From Candidatus Bathyarchaeota archaeon (GTDB lineage: Archaea; Thermoproteota; Bathyarchaeia; Bathyarchaeales; Bathycorpusculaceae): a DNA stretch of 64,000 nucleotides. The stretch is taken from contig CAWFFH010000004.1 of assembly GCA_963815095.1 (NCBI GenBank), positions 1-64,000 on the forward strand, given 5' to 3'. A program made the translations under genes and the position numbers. Shown in pieces: positions 47,789-57,768 of the stretch. The notes below the pieces were generated by a model. The model was not told where the DNA came from. It worked only from the letters and a program-made list of their open reading frames with translations, and ran no database searches. Within the stretch, counting starts at the first letter, position 1. Every line of letters starts with the position of its first letter.

Positions 47789-48574
47789 TTATGTTGTTAA
47801 TTTCAATCTCCAATTTATTACAATCGTCACAACGAAGATTGTTACGCCTGCGAAAACAACCATTGGTCCAGGAGGAAAACCCAGATAAGCGGACAACAAT
47901 ACTCCCGAAAAGGCTGATATCGACCCAAAGATTGCACTAAATAGTGCATATCTTCTCATTCCTGAGCTTAAATTTTTTGAAGCTACTGCTGGAACAATAA
48001 CAAGGAATCCAACCAACAATGTTCCAACTATGCGAATACCAACAGCGACTACAAGTGATACAAGAAACAGGTAAGCCAGATTGGTTAGGGCAACATTTAT
48101 GCCTTTAGAGATTGCAAGGTCCTCCGAAATCATGGTCAGAACTAATTTCTTATAAATTAATTTTGTAAGCAAAATCGCTGCAATCGAAATTATTATTGCT
48201 ATAACCGCATCAATCATACCTACTTGAGATATATCACCAAACAATGCCTCAAGCAAATCCGTTTGCGGAATTATCAATATGCCGATAGCTAACGCGAGGG
48301 TAAACATTACGCCTACCAAAGCTTCAAAAGAAATCTTAGTGGTTCTTTGTAACTGCCAAATTATGACCGCTGAACCAAACAGAAACGCGAATGCTCCTAA
48401 AAACTGGTTAAAATGAAATAGTATGCCTATGGCAATACCCGGTAGTGCCACATGCGACAATGCATCTCCAACAAGCGCCATTTTCTCTAAAACCATCAAT
48501 GAACCTAAATAACCTGCTGATACTCCAACAAAAACTGCAACTAAAGCACTGTAAATAAGTGTTTCAATTATAAT
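47789..48574 (-). CDS. Zn/Mn ABC transporter permease (ZnuB-like)
   Basis: GDALSHVALPG and LFGD; the frame extends upstream of 48499 with a TM helix but has no ATG. Confidence 0.88.
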   Translation of the reverse strand: MIIETLIYSALVAVFVGVSAGYLGSLMVLEKMALVGDALSHVALPGIAIGILFHFNQFLGAFAFLFGSAVIIWQLQRTTKISFEALVGVMFTLALAIGILIIPQTDLLEALFGDISQVGMIDAVIAIIISIAAILLTKLIYKKLVLTMISEDLAISKGINVALTNLAYLFLVSLVVAVGIRIVGTLLVGFLVIVPAVASKNLSSGMRRYALFSAIFGSISAFSGVLLSAYLGFPPGPMVVFAGVTIFVVTIVINWRLKLTT

Positions 48575-48576
48575 TT

Positions 48577-49344
48577 CTAGTTCTCTCCTCTTTCGGTTTC
48601 AACGCAAACTGTTTCGCCATAGATTTGTCTTTGAATTTCCGGTTGCACAATTTGACCTGCTGGTCCGCAGAAGGTAACGCACTTGTTTATCGCAAGCAAA
48701 GCGTCGGCGTATTCTTGGACAATATGGATGTTGTGAGTTATTAAGAAAATCGTTATTTTCTGGGTTTTCTTGATGTCGTTGAGCATTAGGTATATTGGTT
48801 CTTCACTGTCCATGTCCACGCCCGTGGTGGGCTCATCCAAAAGCAACACATTGGGATTATCATTTAATGCCCACGCGATTAGAACCCGCCGAAGTTGTCC
48901 TCCAGAGAGAACCCCTAACCGCTTATCTAAGATTGTATTATCAAATAACCTAACTTTTTTCAGTGAATTCTCAACATCCAATCCGTTTCCAATAGACAGG
49001 AATTCTCTAACTGACATTGGAATATCGGAGACAGCAACATATTGCGGGACGTAGCCAATTTTCACTTTCCCTGTCCATTCGATTGAACCTGTATGCGGAA
49101 TAAGATTTAGTAGAGTTTTAAGAAGAACAGTTTTTCCTGCACCGTTTGGTCCTAGTATGGCTAAGGTTGTTCCTTTTTCAACGTTGAAATTTATATGGTC
49201 AAGTAAAGTTTGATTTTGTAATTTTACTCCAAGATTTGAGACTTTCAATATGTAATCGTTACTGCCTTCAACCACAACTTTCACACCATAAATAACAGTA
49301 CTGATGTACAAATTGTATGCAATAAGTATTTTGAACAGCAACAC
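48577..49344 (-). CDS. Zn/Mn ABC transporter ATPase (ZnuC-like)
   Basis: GPNGAGKT, IGYVPQ, LSGGQ, LLLDEPT; true start probably ~49275. Confidence 0.92.
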   Translation of the reverse strand: MLLFKILIAYNLYISTVIYGVKVVVEGSNDYILKVSNLGVKLQNQTLLDHINFNVEKGTTLAILGPNGAGKTVLLKTLLNLIPHTGSIEWTGKVKIGYVPQYVAVSDIPMSVREFLSIGNGLDVENSLKKVRLFDNTILDKRLGVLSGGQLRRVLIAWALNDNPNVLLLDEPTTGVDMDSEEPIYLMLNDIKKTQKITIFLITHNIHIVQEYADALLAINKCVTFCGPAGQIVQPEIQRQIYGETVCVETERGEN

Positions 49345-49346
49345 AA

Positions 49347-50960
49347 CTATCTTACTCGGTTAAGCAAGGTTTGCTGCTCATTGGCAGAGAACCAGCCCTC
49401 ACCTTTAAGGTACGATAAGCCTTTCTCAACGTTTTCCCTGAATTCAACGTTATCTAAGAGGTTGTTTCTTTTTACTAAATCATAGAGTTGACTTTCAAAC
49501 ATGCTTTTTTGTTTAGCTTGGTCTTCAACTTTTGAGATTAGAGCCGTTATTACTTTGAAGCGGGGCACAAGTAAATCTTTAATTTTTGATAAGCCAAATG
49601 CTCCCTTAATTTTTGCTGAAAAATCAAAGAGACTAATTATTGAAGGCGAGAGCATAACGTAACGTCTAGATAAGTCTGTCTCATAACAAACAACAAGAAA
49701 AGGTACATAGAACAATGCGGGGCTGTTCAAGAATTGATCTCTAAAGCCAAGTGCTTCAAAATTGGCATTGAAAGATTCCCTCAACGTAAGGCTCGTGGTT
49801 AAATCTTCAAGCACTGGCCTCTCAAGCCTAAACAGCTTTTTCGCTTCTACTGTAAAAACACGGATTTTAGTTTCACGGGCTGCTTGGAGATTAAGGATAG
49901 GTTGCCGTTTCAACTTCGTTTCTGATTCGAGCTGAAGGTTTAATTGTGAACTTTCTTGGGTCTTCTTTTTGCTTAATTTTTTAGAATTGTCTTCTATTGT
50001 GCTCAAGTCTTTTTTTAGTTCTTTAATCTTTTTTTGGGTTTGCTTGATTTTCTCTTTCCATCTTTTCTCGTAGATAGCATGATTCTTTGTTGCTTGGCTT
50101 TTTGCTTTGCGTTCGAAATCCTTTATCTTGTTTTCATTGTTTTCGATGTTTTTTTTTGTTTTTGCATTCTTTTTTTGCAGGCGATGAAGTTCTTTATCGA
50201 AGCGATTTGCTAATCTGCCTATTTTCACTTTATAATCTTTGTTAAGTTTCGTTATTTGGGGGTTTACGAATTCTTCCAAGGCCCTTATTTTAGCGTTCAT
50301 TTCTTCGGTAACTGCTTTGGCTTCATAGTCGAGTTCGGTTATGTATTGCTCAGTTGTCTTGTTTACGAAGTTTATGCATTCGGGCAGTTTTATTGCTTCG
50401 TCTGTAGATGATAATCGTAATTTTTCAAAGTCGGAAAGCATCATTGTAATCGTTGACTGTTCAAGAACGGAAGGAAGCAAAGCTACATTGATTTGCCCTG
50501 TTATTTCAGCAGCCTCTTTACGGTAGCCAGTAAATTCTTTGTTAAAATCCAAATTTACTATTAAATTTCTGAAATCAAATTGTTTTTCCTTTGTTGATTT
50601 CTGAAAATAGTTGGTGTGATTTAACAGGAATGTGTAGTAGTTTTCTTTGGGTTTCGAATTTGTCTCTAAACTTTCCATATACTCTTTGACCGATGGAGCC
50701 TCAAGGAAAGAAACATTTAGTGATGAATCGTTAAAGCCGTCAAATACAAAGATTAAGTCGTTTTTGGGAGCTAACCACAAAGGATAGCCGACTTTTGATA
50801 GACACACGAGTTTTTCTTCAGGTTGCCTTGCGATAAATCCGCCGCCTTTTTCACGCTTAAATTCGGCAAAAGCGAACGTAGATGCTGCCTCAACCTCAGT
50901 TGAACTGGTTTTCGAGTTTGAGAAAGGAAGGATAAACCGTTTGGGTGGAGAGTTTAACAT
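49347..50960 (-). CDS. Coiled-coil hypothetical protein
   Basis: YPLW N-terminal domain, Lys-rich coiled coil, FYVPF. Confidence 0.75.
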   Translation of the reverse strand: MLNSPPKRFILPFSNSKTSSTEVEAASTFAFAEFKREKGGGFIARQPEEKLVCLSKVGYPLWLAPKNDLIFVFDGFNDSSLNVSFLEAPSVKEYMESLETNSKPKENYYTFLLNHTNYFQKSTKEKQFDFRNLIVNLDFNKEFTGYRKEAAEITGQINVALLPSVLEQSTITMMLSDFEKLRLSSTDEAIKLPECINFVNKTTEQYITELDYEAKAVTEEMNAKIRALEEFVNPQITKLNKDYKVKIGRLANRFDKELHRLQKKNAKTKKNIENNENKIKDFERKAKSQATKNHAIYEKRWKEKIKQTQKKIKELKKDLSTIEDNSKKLSKKKTQESSQLNLQLESETKLKRQPILNLQAARETKIRVFTVEAKKLFRLERPVLEDLTTSLTLRESFNANFEALGFRDQFLNSPALFYVPFLVVCYETDLSRRYVMLSPSIISLFDFSAKIKGAFGLSKIKDLLVPRFKVITALISKVEDQAKQKSMFESQLYDLVKRNNLLDNVEFRENVEKGLSYLKGEGWFSANEQQTLLNRVR

Positions 50961-51013
50961 TGCAGCATCAATGAAGGTATAAAGGATTGGTTTTTTAAAA
51001 CTTGTCCTCAAGC

Positions 51014-52357
51014 TTAGCCCATAAAGAAATCCGATATCCTCTTTTGAAACAGAGCCTTTTTTAATAATTCACTCTGTTGTATCCAGCGTTGCATCGGAAT
51101 CTCAAATCTGCTGCTGATGAATTGGAGGGATTCGGCGAGGTTTTTGAACAGGTGGGGTTTTTGGTGCATGGCGTTGCGTACATTTTCACGGACTTGCCAC
51201 ACCCCAATGGGCATGATGTAACCCGGTCGGGCTTCTCTTAGTACTATAGCGATGGCTTGGCGGCGTTCTTTTTGAAGTTGTTCGCAAATAGCCAAGCGAG
51301 CGGAATAGTAGCAGCCTCCAATTTGGGCATAGGTGGTGCGTCCGCTATTGCCTTCCCAATCGCTAAATATTGCAATGTTTGAGCCTGCAGGGTTCCAAAC
51401 GGTGCCCGGCCACCATGCTTCCATCGATTCATAGCTCCATTGAGCCGGAATCATCAAAATCTCAAAAACGTTATCCATGTAGATAGATTCGTAAACTCGG
51501 TACTCGTTGATTTCGGGAAAAGTTTTGACTTTTTCTCGGAGATTCTTGGAGATAATGTCATCGACGGCTGTAATGCTCCATCTGGTTGGGACAAGACGAC
51601 GTTTCTTTTCTACTCCGAAGGCGCCGACGCTGAAAGCTTTCTGAATCTTACTGACCATAACGCCTCGGTTGTAGAGCTCAACCACTGCATTGGTTGCCTT
51701 CAAATCTGTATCATAGTAGGCTCTCTCGATTTTGTCATCGTAGCGTGCGTTTCCGACATGGAGGTCGCGGATTGGTGCTGATGGACCAAATGGCTGTATA
51801 TCATCATCTAAGTAGATGGACCCTTGAGGCTTTTTTGTGAGGTTAAGTTCAATGTCTACGCAGCTATCGGCGAGGGCTAATTCCCGAGTCTGATCCAAGA
51901 TTTTACCTCCTTCCATAAACTTTTGTACGTTAACCCTGTGCTTGCCGCGAACAAGCAAACTGCGAAAACCAACAATCTCATCCATTGACTTCCCAAACCA
52001 GCGCTCAGGTAAATCATAAATCTCTGTGTCCTCATGAACAGGCGGTACAAGCGGTCCTGCGTAAACGTTAGGGTACCCAATTCTTCCGATAAATACGCTT
52101 GGCGGAGACATGCCATCGATGTCTTCGCGGGACATTAGTGGGACGCTTTTGAGAAAGTAATTGACTTTTACCATTATTGGGCAACGGGTTTTGCCGCATA
52201 ATGCTCGGGCACCCTTACAGAGGACGCATACGCTGTCTTTGCTGGCACGGGTGGTGATTTGTTGCTGATCGATGGCGTTGCCGTTTATTTTCTTTATTAC
52301 GTCTACTAGCCAGTTATCGGGTTTTGTTGTCGCTTGGGTTTTTTGGATGAGCGTCAT
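51014..52357 (-). CDS. nreA: Nre-family DNA repair protein
   Basis: C..CKG...LCG...CP, SPPSVFIGR.GYP, RRLVPTRWSITAVD, GCYY, C-terminal PIP box QKRISDFF. Confidence 0.92.
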   Translation of the reverse strand: MTLIQKTQATTKPDNWLVDVIKKINGNAIDQQQITTRASKDSVCVLCKGARALCGKTRCPIMVKVNYFLKSVPLMSREDIDGMSPPSVFIGRIGYPNVYAGPLVPPVHEDTEIYDLPERWFGKSMDEIVGFRSLLVRGKHRVNVQKFMEGGKILDQTRELALADSCVDIELNLTKKPQGSIYLDDDIQPFGPSAPIRDLHVGNARYDDKIERAYYDTDLKATNAVVELYNRGVMVSKIQKAFSVGAFGVEKKRRLVPTRWSITAVDDIISKNLREKVKTFPEINEYRVYESIYMDNVFEILMIPAQWSYESMEAWWPGTVWNPAGSNIAIFSDWEGNSGRTTYAQIGGCYYSARLAICEQLQKERRQAIAIVLREARPGYIMPIGVWQVRENVRNAMHQKPHLFKNLAESLQFISSRFEIPMQRWIQQSELLKKALFQKRISDFFMG

Positions 52358-52434
52358 GTTCGCTGTGATAATTATGTTGTTGTCTCATATGTTTTTTTCT
52401 ACATGAAAATGTATAAAACGCCCTTTTTTTAACT

Positions 52435-53013
52435 TCATCTATCATAAAGTAGTCGTGTAATCTTTTTTATGAACAACATCAAACGTTTCGGAAGTTTTGG
52501 TTTGGCCTCATCCACCATTTTCCACACAGTGGGAAGCGGAAACGGAGTTATGTTTGCGTCTATAATTTTTAGTTCCCCGTCGATTCTCTTAAGGTTGTCT
52601 GCTTTAATGTCAAAGAGACCATACTTGTACACAATCCCTCTTAAATTATCCAATTCCTGTTGGGAAACTATCGCAGGAGACCCATACTGCTGCAACAGGC
52701 AGTATTTAGTGTGCCAAAAAATTTTAGCAAACAGTTGATGCCTCTGACTCTCAGGGACTCGCTTGTAGGCCCGATGGTCATTCTCAATACTCCTTTTTGC
52801 CCCAACTTTGAGAACGATTCCCTGATCTTCTGAGTGGATTCCGAAAACAATTTTGTGCCAACCAAAATTTTTAACATAAAAATCCGGAAACGCCTTCAGG
52901 ACTAATTCCTTTAATTCTTCTTGAGAAATAACCGATGTTACGTTTGAGTGCATGTACAGGTCTATTAAATGGTCGATTTGCCTGGCTTTATAATGGAGCA
53001 TTTTGTACTTCAA
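52435..53013 (-). CDS. Hypothetical protein, possible minimal kinase-like fold
   Basis: VLKVG, DIKADN and IIDA motifs. Confidence 0.5.
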   Translation of the reverse strand: MKYKMLHYKARQIDHLIDLYMHSNVTSVISQEELKELVLKAFPDFYVKNFGWHKIVFGIHSEDQGIVLKVGAKRSIENDHRAYKRVPESQRHQLFAKIFWHTKYCLLQQYGSPAIVSQQELDNLRGIVYKYGLFDIKADNLKRIDGELKIIDANITPFPLPTVWKMVDEAKPKLPKRLMLFIKKITRLLYDR

Positions 53014-53259
53014 GGTTTAAGCGCTCAAAAAATTCTATATATCATTAGACCATAGGCGAATAATAAACCTAAAACGCTTTTTCATGTAATCCATACTCCA
53101 TGCATGAAAAGAATTGGCTCAGTCTCACAATAGACACTATTTTATCCACTCAGTTTCACCTGATTGGTTGCTGTATTGGAGGAAGAACAAAAACAGTTGA
53201 AGAATTTTGTTTGTTGTTGTTCATTCGACTGGAAACTAAATCGTAATGCTTCAAGATGA

Positions 53260-53720
53260 TGCTTTGTCACGAGTTGTTGAAGACAACAACATTTTGCCCG
53301 TGTGGACACCTCCCAAAAAGGCAGAGTGACCACTGCTCTTAGAGCTAACAGTCACGTTGTGGGATATATGGGCGAAGGAATTAATGATGCTCGGTCTTTA
53401 AAAACTGCAGATGTAGGCTTATCGGTGGAAAACGCGGTTGATGTTGCCAAAGATCTGCTGACTTTATCCTTTGACATCTGACTTAACCGTTCTAGGCCAA
53501 GGTGTTTGGAATGCAGAAGACCTTCGGCAACTCCATGAAGTACATCATGATTGGGGTAAGTTCAAACTTTGGTACAATGTTTAGCGTTGCAGGAGCATCC
53601 CTGTTCCTAAACTTTCTGCCCATGACGGCGATTTAAATCCTCCTAAACAACCTATTGTACGACCTTTCAGAAGAACCATATCAACAGACAACGTTGACGA
53701 TGAGTATATAGAAAAACCCT
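53260..53720 (+). pseudogene. Decayed C-terminal fragment of an MgtA-type Mg2+ P-type ATPase
   Basis: VGYMGEGINDA, ADVGLSVENAVDVAK, FGNSMKYIMIGVSSNFG, LLNNLLYD, with indels and stops. Confidence 0.8.
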
Positions 53721-53852
53721 AAAAACTGGTTATTTACTACATAAGAAGAACTAATCACCTGTAGATGCTTTACCTAAAACGGATTAGTATTCAAGATTCT
53801 TTGTGTGTTCTGAATAATCGTGTATTTTTTAACATTTAACGATAAAAGTAAA

Positions 53853-53930
53853 TGGCGCCCAGGCCGGGATTCGGACCCGGGTCCTACGGGCGACAGCCGT
53901 ACATACTAGACCGAACTATACTACCTGGGC
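53853..53930 (-). tRNA. tRNA-Asp (GTC), CCA encoded, no intron
   Basis: GCCCAGG acceptor stem, TACGG-CTGTCGC-CCGTA anticodon arm, T-loop TCCGAAT. Confidence 0.92.
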
Positions 53931-54178
53931 ATAAGCGCCGCAACAATACTGACAACTTTAGCTAATTAACCTTTCTCGGATTAGACGTTGAATAGTTTGT
54001 TTATAACGTGGCTGTTTCTTATTGGAGCACGTTTGTTAGATTTTTATTTGGTTTAGCGACATTTTAATACTGTTTAGAATTATTACTGGGTATAATGTTT
54101 AAGGGTGGGTGAATCAAGTTCCTAAAAACTGATGGCAATGCAGTTCTACAGAAATATTGGGTTCCCATAGTCCTGCTG

Positions 54179-56017
54179 ATGTTGACAGCAGCTGCGTTTG
54201 TCTTCGGCGACATCGGCATCTTCACCGCGTTGGTCTTCACTTTTTTAGTACCAGGTTTAATTGCACACAGATTTTTCAATTTAAAGCCGCATGAAATCTG
54301 GGCTTTCGTACCCATCTTCAGCATTTTAGTCTCCGTTACTCTAATTTACTATCTGTCTTTGTCCTTTGGATATTCACAGAACACCATAATTTTCAGTTTT
54401 CTCGCCTTAACCTCAATCTACGCGTTGGTAGTTTACGAGAAAGGCGAACCAATACAATTCCCCAAGTTTCGCAAACTAAAACAGATTAAAAAGACCAATT
54501 TATTGATTTTTGCGATTATATTTCTCGTCAGTCTTGCGGTCCTTTACCAAAGCGTCTGGCGCAGCGACCAATACGGCATTGTACTCACGGGGTCGAATTG
54601 GCAAGACACACCCTTCCATTACGAAATAATCGAATCCCTCAACCAAGGTAACTTCCCACCCCAAACCCCCAACTACATCGGCACCCCTATGACGTACCAT
54701 TACTTTGTAGATTTTCACACTGCTATCATTGAGAAAATGTATGGATATTTGCCCGGGTTGTTGCCTGTTTTAAATGCCTTGTTCATTTTGGTGTTCGGAG
54801 TATCGATTTATGCTTTGGCGCGACCTTACGGCAGAAAAGCTGCGGTTATCGCTACGATTTTAGCAGTTTTTGGTTGGGGGCTAAGCTATTTTGGCTTGTT
54901 CTCTACTCTGTTTAATGGGCAGTTTGATCCGAACCAAAATTACATTTACCAGTTTGGCAAGTTGTTTGGGTTGCCGTCCATGTTTGATAATTTGCTCCAG
55001 CAGCGTCCGTTGCTGGTTGGGTTGCCAGCGTTTGCGTTTGTGTTGGCTTTGCTTAAGGATATAGGTAACAAAAACCGCTTAATCCTTGCAGGCATACTCA
55101 CGGGGTTGGTATATCAGTTCCATAATGTGGCGTTCTTCTGTTGCTACGTCGTCTTCGCTATCTGTCTCATCCTAAACGTTAAACGGATCAAATTCAGCTA
55201 CTTGTACTTCTTGATTCCAAGCGTGTTTGCTTTGCCGTTTATTTTTGGCGGCGGTCCACCGTTAACGCTTGCTTTTAGTACCTCTTTTATTGCCCAGTTT
55301 GCCCAGAACCCCTTCATCTATTACTTCCTTAACCTCGGCATTCCATTCATACTAGCGATTGTCTCGTTTATCAAGCCTGGACACGAATACCTGAAGATAA
55401 CCTTCCTGCTATTGGTTTTGATTCCAAACATTTTGCTGTTAACGCCTTGGGTTTGGGATATGTACAAGTTTTTCATGTTTGCATGGATACCCATCGTGGT
55501 TTTAGCTGGTATAGTTTTGGCTAAAACGCCACGTATCGTTATAGTTACTTTGGTTTTGCTTTCAATAATCACATCAGCCAGTGTAATCATCTACAATGTT
55601 GAAACAAACTATTCTGGAGCAACTATGAGCGAGTACCAGTTGGGGTTGTGGGTTCGTGATAATACACCGCAGAACTCGGTGTTCTTGACTTACTATGGGA
55701 TTCATGAGCCGCCCAGTATGATTGGCGGTCGGTTACGGGTGACGTCATATTTCTATTGGCCATATGGTCATGGAATTCCGATGGATCAGGTTTTCCAGAG
55801 AGCTCATGATGTCGATGTGGCATACACGGGCAACGAAACACAGTTGGTAGGGGTGGTTCGCGAATACAATGTATCATATGTTTATGTTGGAAATGAAGAG
55901 TTGAGCAACTACCCCAATTGCGTTGCGCATTTCAATTCGATTCGGTTGCTTACGCAGGTTTATACGAATGAGAACTTGTTAATCTATCAAGTTGACTGGT
56001 CGCAAATGGGCACCTAG
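54179..56017 (+). CDS. Multi-pass membrane protein, GT-C glycosyltransferase-like
   Basis: NWQD.PFH, FPP..P.Y.G....YHY, many TM helices, C-terminal WVRDNTP..SVF and YNVSYVYVG. Confidence 0.7.
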   Translation: MLTAAAFVFGDIGIFTALVFTFLVPGLIAHRFFNLKPHEIWAFVPIFSILVSVTLIYYLSLSFGYSQNTIIFSFLALTSIYALVVYEKGEPIQFPKFRKLKQIKKTNLLIFAIIFLVSLAVLYQSVWRSDQYGIVLTGSNWQDTPFHYEIIESLNQGNFPPQTPNYIGTPMTYHYFVDFHTAIIEKMYGYLPGLLPVLNALFILVFGVSIYALARPYGRKAAVIATILAVFGWGLSYFGLFSTLFNGQFDPNQNYIYQFGKLFGLPSMFDNLLQQRPLLVGLPAFAFVLALLKDIGNKNRLILAGILTGLVYQFHNVAFFCCYVVFAICLILNVKRIKFSYLYFLIPSVFALPFIFGGGPPLTLAFSTSFIAQFAQNPFIYYFLNLGIPFILAIVSFIKPGHEYLKITFLLLVLIPNILLLTPWVWDMYKFFMFAWIPIVVLAGIVLAKTPRIVIVTLVLLSIITSASVIIYNVETNYSGATMSEYQLGLWVRDNTPQNSVFLTYYGIHEPPSMIGGRLRVTSYFYWPYGHGIPMDQVFQRAHDVDVAYTGNETQLVGVVREYNVSYVYVGNEELSNYPNCVAHFNSIRLLTQVYTNENLLIYQVDWSQMGT

Positions 56018-56086
56018 CATTTACAATGGAGGTCCATATAGCATCTCGACAAGTCTTAAATACAAAAAACAATAAAAATACAACCC

Positions 56087-56506
56087 ATGACAACTAAATC
56101 AGCCAGCAAAATCTCAATCCACAAAATCCTCGTGCTATTCATTATCATTAACATCATCGGAGACCTCGGCAACGTTGCATTCTGGTGGGCAAGCATTTCT
56201 TCGCGAGAAGCATCCCTAAACACAGGATACATCGGAGTCGCTTTAGGCGTCAACAATGCCCTCACTATAGGCACAGTAGTTCTCCTAGTTGTTGCAGTCG
56301 CCTACATTGCAGCGTTTTTCGGCTTAATGAAGCAGATGAAGTGGGCGCTGCCATTAGTCATCGCCATCTCCATAGTGAACCGCGGACTTGCGCTAGTTCT
56401 CTACTTCGTCAGCCCCGCATTTGCTTTCTGGGCAGTCTGGACAATAATACTCGTAGCCCTTGCATACCTTGATTGGCGAAAGATGAACACCACAATGTCA
56501 CAGTAG
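56087..56506 (+). CDS. Four-TM membrane protein
   Basis: ORF track; hydrophobic helices. Confidence 0.75.
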   Translation: MTTKSASKISIHKILVLFIIINIIGDLGNVAFWWASISSREASLNTGYIGVALGVNNALTIGTVVLLVVAVAYIAAFFGLMKQMKWALPLVIAISIVNRGLALVLYFVSPAFAFWAVWTIILVALAYLDWRKMNTTMSQ

Positions 56507-56535
56507 CGACACACGCATACATTTCCTAAATTTTT

Positions 56536-57024
56536 TTATTTCTGGCTTACTGGTGCTTGATGTTTTTTGCCTGAAATGTAATCTATGTCTATTCTTCCCA
56601 TTGTTGTATAAGTGAGTTTTTCAGGTTTAATTTTGGCCAGTTTCGCTTCAGGGTTGAGGGATACTTGCCGAACAAGCACTTCCATTGCGTGCTTTTTCTC
56701 ATTTAAATCGGAAATTAGACACAGTTTGCCGCTAAATTGAACCGATGTATACGCATAATCGCATTCTTCAGTTACCCCAAAATCTAGCAATGCTTGTCCC
56801 CAAACGTTGGGGTTGGCTTTTCCGTAGATGAGTTTTTTACCTTCAGGTGCGCAGTGGAAATAGAGGCAGTTTTTGGTTTGATCGTATCCGTGGCTTAATG
56901 AAACAAGATAAGGTTCGTTTTCCATGCAGAGGGCAACTGTTACATACTTGGTAGCTTTGAGAACCTGACGCATCTCATCAGCGTCGGTGATTTCCCGTTC
57001 TTTACGTCTAACATGAAAAGACAT
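56536..57024 (-). CDS. Pyridoxamine 5'-phosphate oxidase-like (NimA-type) flavin-binding protein
   Basis: RRKEREITD, PYLV.LS, LYFHCAPEGKK, ISGK. Confidence 0.88.
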   Translation of the reverse strand: MSFHVRRKEREITDADEMRQVLKATKYVTVALCMENEPYLVSLSHGYDQTKNCLYFHCAPEGKKLIYGKANPNVWGQALLDFGVTEECDYAYTSVQFSGKLCLISDLNEKKHAMEVLVRQVSLNPEAKLAKIKPEKLTYTTMGRIDIDYISGKKHQAPVSQK

Positions 57025-57051
57025 GAATGCATTTTAAGCGAAAAGGGAATA

Positions 57052-57576
57052 TTAACTTTTTTCGCGCCGCAAGCCATGGTAAGCATTAACCACTTCTGCC
57101 TTGACGAAACACACGACGTCGGGTGTAAAAATAGCTAGCGATGCCAAGAGGAAGTTGAGAGGGAAAACAAGTGGGGATTCAAAAAGGTTACCTCCGTAGG
57201 ATCCATTGATGTTTTGCATGTAGCCCCAGAATTGAAACAGAGACCAACCAGCGGTCCACAGCCACGCACCACCAAGCCGTGCCAAAAACTTCCGCCTTCC
57301 ATTGAACCCTTCGCTGTGTAGATTGGCGTATAGGATTTCTCCTGCGATTGCACCTGCGCCTCCGGGGAAAAACGCGTTAACTAGAACTTTCTCCACAATA
57401 TTTCCGGGAACATATGGGGTAACCCATGGAACCATAAACATGCTCAAGATTGGCAGGTGAATGTTGCCTGTTACAAGCCTAATCGTTGCAGGTATAGAGT
57501 AGATGAGGGCGGCGCAAATTTGCCAAACCCAAAACCGCCTGCTTCGAAGCATGTTTACAATGGCTCTTGTATACAT
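57052..57576 (-). CDS. Membrane protein
   Basis: ORF track; hydrophobic helices. Confidence 0.7.
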   Translation of the reverse strand: MYTRAIVNMLRSRRFWVWQICAALIYSIPATIRLVTGNIHLPILSMFMVPWVTPYVPGNIVEKVLVNAFFPGGAGAIAGEILYANLHSEGFNGRRKFLARLGGAWLWTAGWSLFQFWGYMQNINGSYGGNLFESPLVFPLNFLLASLAIFTPDVVCFVKAEVVNAYHGLRREKS

Positions 57577-57768
57577 AGCCTTTAAAGAATTCTTGATGTA
57601 TTAAAAATCTTTTCAAAATAGCTGAATTAAGTTTAACGGAACCTCTTAAATAGAAAGGCTTAAGGTAGACAGACTATGCCTTTGAATATTAATAATTTTC
57701 ATGTTCGGAGATATGCCTTTAAGCAGCTTCTCTTGTTTTGGGTAAATTGAAATTGTGTTGATGAATTA

